Origin: Candidatus Electrothrix sp. GW3-4
Lineage (GTDB): Bacteria > Desulfobacterota > Desulfobulbia > Desulfobulbales > Desulfobulbaceae
DNA: 32,000 bases
Direction: 5' to 3'
Assembly: GCF_037902255.1 (NCBI RefSeq)
Contig: NZ_CP147990.1
Coordinates: 1,110,001-1,142,000 of the forward strand
Position numbers and translations under genes: made by a program. Position 1 is the first letter of the stretch. Each line of letters opens with the position of its first letter. Of the stretch, positions 28,072 through 32,000 are shown in pieces. The notes under the pieces were generated by a model that did no database searches, was not told where the DNA came from, and saw nothing but the letters and a program-made list of their open reading frames with translations.

Positions 28072-28156
28072 AATATGAAGGCGGGTAGGTTCTGCCATGC
28101 AGGACCTGCCCGGAGCAAGGGGTCGTACGGGGGGCATCTGCACGTCCCTGGTCAAG

Positions 28157-28471
28157 GAAAGAGGTCGTTCTTTTGTCAAAAGAGCTCGCTCTTTCGTTAA
28201 GAGAGGGGCCACTCTTTTAAAGAGAGGTCATCCTTTCGTTAAGAGAGGCTCCACTCTTTTAAAAAGTGGTCGTCCTTTTCTTGCGAGAGGTCCCTCTTTC
28301 GTTGCGAGAGCTCGCTCTTTCGTTAAGAGAGGGGCCACTCTTTTAAAGAGAGGTCATCCTTTCGTTAAGAGAGGCTCCACTCTTTTAAAAAGAGCTCGTC
28401 CTTTTCTTAAGAGAGGCACCTCTTTTGTCGCGAGAGGCTGTTCGTTTGGCAAAAGTGGTGCCTCTTTTCCG
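28157..28471 (+). repeat. Tandem array of 15 x 21-bp interrupted-palindrome units
   Basis: Exact 21-bp phasing over 315 bp. The unit is aaGAGAGGnnnnnCTCTTTcgtt. Block 28178-28261 is re-duplicated at 28304-28387. Confidence 0.9.
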
Positions 28472-28611
28472 CACAGGAGAGACCCCTGGCCAGCGAGAAG
28501 GGGGCCTGTTGTTCTAAGGAGGCATTCCAGCAGGAAAGGCCCTGCCTGCTGTGGGCAAGGTCGTTTTCCTGCTGCCAAGAGGATCTGAACATACAACACA
28601 AGGAGGCTGCA

Positions 28612-28959
28612 ATGATTGGAGGAAGTATAGCCAAGTTACTACAGATCGCGGGTGAGACCAAAGAGGCCCTGGGTAAGATCAGCACGGAACTGCCTGCTGA
28701 TGTCACGCCAGCAGAGACGGCTGCCAAGATTGCTGAGTTGGAGACCTCGATCAGTGAGCTGGACGCCATCAATGCGGAGCGAACGCGCCTGGTCAATGTC
28801 AAAGGGGACAAGGCCGGGGCATTGAGCGATTACCTCGTCCATGTGCGCATCTCGGTCAAGGCGGCCTGTGGCCCGGATTCGTCGGAGTATGATATGATCG
28901 GCGGGACCCGGTCCAGTGAGCGGAAGAGACCGAAGATGAAAAAGGAAGAAGAGGACTGA
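28612..28959 (+). CDS. Hypothetical protein (family Q, full copy)
   Basis: 115-aa ORF with AAGGAGG upstream. Its C-terminal half is paralogous to 29238-29456. Confidence 0.55.
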   Translation: MIGGSIAKLLQIAGETKEALGKISTELPADVTPAETAAKIAELETSISELDAINAERTRLVNVKGDKAGALSDYLVHVRISVKAACGPDSSEYDMIGGTRSSERKRPKMKKEEED

Positions 28960-29237
28960 GACGCCAGGCCCGGAGAGGGATCTCCGGGCTGTTCTCAAAT
29001 GCCCCTGCCCTTGTAATAATCCCGCATTATTGCACGCCCCGCCTCCCCATTTCCTCTTCTATTTTTCCCTATTGCATTAAGTCTGTAATTGTTACAAGAT
29101 GGATCTGCTTTTTATTTCCTTGTAGTTGCGAATATTAGCCTTGGGCCTTGTCAACGTGTGTGACTTACGAAAGGAATAAAGATGCAAAAGACTTCTGCGC
29201 TCAGGGCGGTCTCAGAGTGTAATTCCAGAATGCTGCC

Positions 29238-29456
29238 TTGGAAACGAAGGTTAGTATGCTGGATGCGTTCAATGCTGAGCGGACGCGGCTGGTGAATGAA
29301 AAAGGAGATACCGCCGAGGATCTGAGTGATTATATTGTCCAGGTTCGGGCTGTGGTCAAGGGGCTTTTCGGGGACGATTCCTCGGAATACGAGATGGTCG
29401 GCGGGACCCGGGCCAGTGAGCGGAAGAAGCCTAAGAAGAAGGATAAGGAGGAGTGA
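29238..29456 (+). pseudogene. Truncated family-Q paralog
   Basis: Matches only the C-terminal 70 aa of 28612-28959 (NAERTRLVN..DDSSEYEMVGGTRASERKKP). An in-frame TAA lies just upstream and the start is a non-ATG codon. Confidence 0.5.
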
Positions 29457-29548
29457 GGCTTGCCGGCCCGGAGAGCGCGCTCCGGGCCGGGCTGTTGGCG
29501 AGAGGAAATTGAGATGCTTGATTCAAAGATGGGTTGGTTACATAATGC

Positions 29549-29794
29549 GTGAGATCCCGGTTCAGCCTGCGCGGCTATGATTCTGTTGTTATCGAGGAGA
29601 TTCTGCGGTATTCTTCTGAGCGGTACGTAGATACTCAGACGGAAAGGATGATTGCAGTCGGTCGGCACGGTAATGTTCTTGTTATGGTGCCGTATGAGAT
29701 CAAGGGAAACGAGATCATTCCGGTAACCGCTCATGCAACGGATAAGAAACAGATCACTGCCAGACTCAGATCAGGGAGGTTCAGAAATGCCTGA
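29549..29794 (+). CDS. DUF4258-like small protein (putative toxin)
   Basis: 81-aa ORF with a GTG start. The pattern ..GYDSVVIEEIL..GRHGNVLVMV..IIPVTAH resembles DUF4258. Overlaps the following small ORF (ATGCCTGA). Confidence 0.45.
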   Translation: MRSRFSLRGYDSVVIEEILRYSSERYVDTQTERMIAVGRHGNVLVMVPYEIKGNEIIPVTAHATDKKQITARLRSGRFRNA

Positions 29795-29894
29795 AAATCG
29801 TATGAAGTATTTTGCCCAGGAAGATATTCTGCATCTTGGACTGGTGCCCAAGTTCTGCTTGGGCACAGACACTGTGAAGCTCCGCTTCAAATAA
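29787..29894 (+). pseudogene. DUF2283-like antitoxin gene truncated by a REP-like element
   Basis: MPENRMKYFAQEDILHLGL.. matches the DUF2283 N terminus (YDxExDxLxIxL). The reading frame then runs into repeat sequence. Confidence 0.4.
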
Positions 29895-29945
29895 GAAGCA
29901 GAGCTTCAGGAATACGTACTCCCAAGCTGGAGCTTGGGAGCGAGA
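29842..29945. repeat. REP/MITE-like multi-hairpin element
   Basis: Hairpins GTGCCCAAG-n5-CTTGGGCAC and CTCCCAAGCT-gg-AGCTTGGGAG. The minus-strand pseudo-translation SQAPAWE matches a repeat family I recall as widespread in Desulfobacterota. Confidence 0.55.
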
Positions 29946-30034
29946 ATAAATAAGATCAACCTCAAATATTCGCCCTGAGTCCCTCACCGGACTCAGGGCT
30001 TCCCGTTTAACGTCAACATACTTTTGAAACAGAT

Positions 30035-30289
30035 ATGCTTTTTATGAAACCCTGTGAGGATATCATTCTCTACCTGCACAAAAATCAGGAAGGTATGCTG
30101 CATCTTCACGCAACATATCAGGGACAGGAGTCAATCATCACCCTGCCTGACTGCAACCTCCGCCAAGGAGACCTGCCGGAAAACAAACTACAGCAGGTCC
30201 GGGCATGGGTCGGGCTGCATAACCATGAACTCATAGCAGATCGGGAAGCAATCAGGGGGCGCCCGGATTTATACGGAAAGGAATCGTAA
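30035..30289 (+). CDS. DUF4160-family protein
   Basis: Motif IILYLHKNQEGMLHLHATYQGQESIITL..GDLPENKLQQVRAWVGLHNHELIADRE matches DUF4160. The start may be ATG 30044. Confidence 0.65.
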   Translation: MLFMKPCEDIILYLHKNQEGMLHLHATYQGQESIITLPDCNLRQGDLPENKLQQVRAWVGLHNHELIADREAIRGRPDLYGKES

Positions 30290-30340
30290 GGTACAGCAGG
30301 AAGTTCTCCGAATACAGAACAAGTTAGTCATAAGATCCCC

Positions 30341-30382
30341 AGCCCTGAGTCCCCCCCCCCGGATTCAGGGCTGTTCTTTTTT
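30341..30382 (+). terminator. Rho-independent terminator with a C10 loop
   Basis: AGCCCTGAGTCC-C8-GGATTCAGGGCT then gttcTTTTTT. A related hairpin lies at 29972-29999. Confidence 0.7.
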
Positions 30383-30406
30383 GCCTCCCTCTTCATCCTC
30401 CCGTAG

Positions 30407-30435
30407 TTGCAAAAAACATCCCCATTCGTTATCAT
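30407..30435 (+). promoter_or_regulatory. sigma70-type promoter of family-P paralog 2
   Basis: TTGCAA-N17-TATCAT. The GTAGTTGCRAA motif recurs at about 29125. Confidence 0.5.
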
Positions 30436-30500
30436 GCTTCCTGAAGGGAAACATCTAGGCCAAAAGCAGAGAACTCACCACAACCCAGAGGAACGCGACA

Positions 30501-30893
30501 ATGAACCTGGAAGACGAACTCCCCATGGACGAAGATGAGGTAATTGAGCTGGTCAGGAATATTATTAAGAAAGCAAGCGAGGACCCGGATTCTGTGGAAC
30601 TGGCGGTTCCACTCGAAGAGTTACAGAGGATGCTTGATCAGACGCTCAGGATAAAACATAGAAGAGACCTTGCCAAGGAGAGGGAAAAGCAGGCCAGGAA
30701 AAAAGAGCAGGCTGCCTGGGAGGAGTTTTGTCAACAACTGCAGGAAGCGGTGGCGTATGGCAAAAAGTGTGGTATAGACGAGAGGCAGACCAGGATGCTG
30801 TTCTCTGGCAAGATTAAGATAGCTAACCGTATCTTTTCGCAGCTTCCCGAGCAGGGCGATACATTATATATCCAAAGGAAGGACAAGGACTGA
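30501..30893 (+). CDS. Hypothetical protein (family P, paralog 2)
   Basis: 130-aa ORF, collinear with 27392-27778. Confidence 0.6.
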   Translation: MNLEDELPMDEDEVIELVRNIIKKASEDPDSVELAVPLEELQRMLDQTLRIKHRRDLAKEREKQARKKEQAAWEEFCQQLQEAVAYGKKCGIDERQTRMLFSGKIKIANRIFSQLPEQGDTLYIQRKDKD

Positions 30894-30969
30894 AGCCAAG
30901 TTACCCGGAAAGCGCCTGTGAAACCTGCTTCTCTTTGCCTCAAAGTTCGTTTCCAACTTCATTCCAAAC

Positions 30970-31010
30970 AAAAAAAGGGCGAACCGCTTTTACGCGATCC
31001 GCCCTTTCTT
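30970..31010. terminator. Bidirectional terminator between convergent genes
   Basis: A-run, then GGGCG..CCGC-tttta-GCG..CGCCC, then a T-rich run. The right arm is identical to that of the 26152 terminator. Confidence 0.55.
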
Positions 31011-31035
31011 AACTCCTCAGCTGAAACTCTTCAGC

Positions 31036-32000
31036 TTACTCAGGAGCAATCCCCATCTCTTTCTCCTTCTCATGCACAGCCAGTCGGGTCTTGACGGCTG
31101 TATCCGGGATCAGCGACATGGAGTCAATACCCTGCTCAACCAGGAAGGTGGCAAAGTCAGGGAAGTCAGAGGGACCTTGACCGCAGATACCAATCTTGCG
31201 ACCACGACGTTTCGCGGTCTTGATCACCATCTTGATCATCTCTTTCACCGCATCATGACGCTCATCCGCGATACCAGTCACAATACCAGAGTCACGATCC
31301 AGACCATAGGTGAGCTGGGTCAGATCATTAGAGCCGATGGAGAAGCCGTCAAAGATATCAGCAAAGGCATCAGCGCAGATCACGTTGCTGGGGATCTCGC
31401 ACATAACGTAGAGCTCCAGGCCGTTCTCGCCCTGTACCAGGCCGCAGTCTTTCATAACCTCGATAACCTTCTTGCCTTCTTCGGGAGTACGGCAGAAAGG
31501 TACCATCAGTTTGATGTTGTCCAGCCCCATATCGTTGCGCGCCTTGAGGAGTCCCTGACACTCCAGCTCAAAGGCCGGGCGATATTTAGGATCGTAATAA
31601 CGGGAAGCACCGCGCCAGCCGATCATCGGGTTTTCCTCTTCCGGCTCATAGAGTGTGCCGCCGACCAGGTTAGCGTACTCGTTGCTTTTGAAGTCAGACA
31701 GACGGACAATAACGTCATTGGGGTAGAAACCCGCAGCAATACGACCAACGCCCTCAGCAACCTTGTCGATAAAGAACTGCCTTTTATCGGAATAGGCGGC
31801 AGTCTTCTCGTCAATATGCTTCACGATCTCCTGCTTCTCAGGGTCATTAGAGGCCTTAAGCTCCTCGTAGTTGTACAGGGCCAGCGGATGGAGACCGATA
31901 TGGGAGTTGATAATAAACTCCTCACGGGCCAAGCCAACGCCGTCATTAGGAATCTGGCATTCTGTAAAGGCCTTTTCCGGGATGGCCAGGTTCATCATGA
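31036..32000 (-). CDS. ppsA: Phosphoenolpyruvate synthase, C-terminal part (gene continues beyond the window)
   Basis: PEP-utilising enzyme TIM-barrel motifs GFSIGSNDLTQLTYGLDRDS and ICGQGPSD. The ORF is open to the window edge. Confidence 0.9.
   Translation of the reverse strand, partial: MMNLAIPEKAFTECQIPNDGVGLAREEFIINSHIGLHPLALYNYEELKASNDPEKQEIVKHIDEKTAAYSDKRQFFIDKVAEGVGRIAAGFYPNDVIVRLSDFKSNEYANLVGGTLYEPEEENPMIGWRGASRYYDPKYRPAFELECQGLLKARNDMGLDNIKLMVPFCRTPEEGKKVIEVMKDCGLVQGENGLELYVMCEIPSNVICADAFADIFDGFSIGSNDLTQLTYGLDRDSGIVTGIADERHDAVKEMIKMVIKTAKRRGRKIGICGQGPSDFPDFATFLVEQGIDSMSLIPDTAVKTRLAVHEKEKEMGIAPE

Noticed and set aside
28157-28471. CRISPR array interpretation of the 21-bp repeats
   Set aside because: The units abut with no unique spacers. 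The period is 21 bp, whereas a CRISPR repeat-plus-spacer unit is about 60-70 bp. No cas genes or leader-type structure are present in the window.
28354-28599. Minus-strand ORFs through the repeat array (27928-28212 and 28354-28599)
   Set aside because: Neither spans the array, and they are interrupted by stops between 28213 and 28353. They are consistent with repeat-derived shadow ORFs.

Overview
The window appears to be bacterial chromosome, probably from an anaerobic Desulfobacterota-like organism; that taxon call is inferred from gene content and a REP-type repeat and is low confidence.

The core genes are:
- a HIBADH-family dehydrogenase
- a translationally coupled porin-modD pair
- nifB and an orphan NifN/K-like gene, each with its own sigma54 promoter and a TGT-N10-ACA upstream site
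- uvrB
- a secreted C10 peptidase
- pyrF
- two tandem zinc-ribbon PilZ paralogs
- the 3' end of ppsA

Between about 7.1 and 20.2 kb lies an accessory island containing:
- a paralogous two-TM membrane protein family. One copy is intact. The other is split into three pieces by four IS elements arranged as two nested pairs, and all target-site duplications are readable, so the gene can be rebuilt in frame.
- three toxin-antitoxin pairs: UPF0175/DUF3368-PIN, a DUF6516 protein with a partner, and HicAB
- an AT-rich orphan gene
- a diverged duplicate of the uvrB 5' end

The most unusual signal is a dispersed module, present in at least 5 copies and always on the + strand. It consists of a conserved promoter-like core, then a GG(N)CAAGG box, then a variable number (0 to 15) of exactly phased 21-bp interrupted-palindrome repeats. 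The largest array (28157-28471) is open in only one of six reading frames, as a hyper-basic heptad-repeat ORF. I cannot decide from sequence alone whether this is a DNA-site array, a structured RNA or a repeat protein.

Other repeats:
- a two-hairpin 3'-UTR element with three compensatory base-pair changes between its two copies
- an 83-bp tandem repeat
- a REP-like element that disrupts a small TA gene

All family names come from motif recall, not from database searches.
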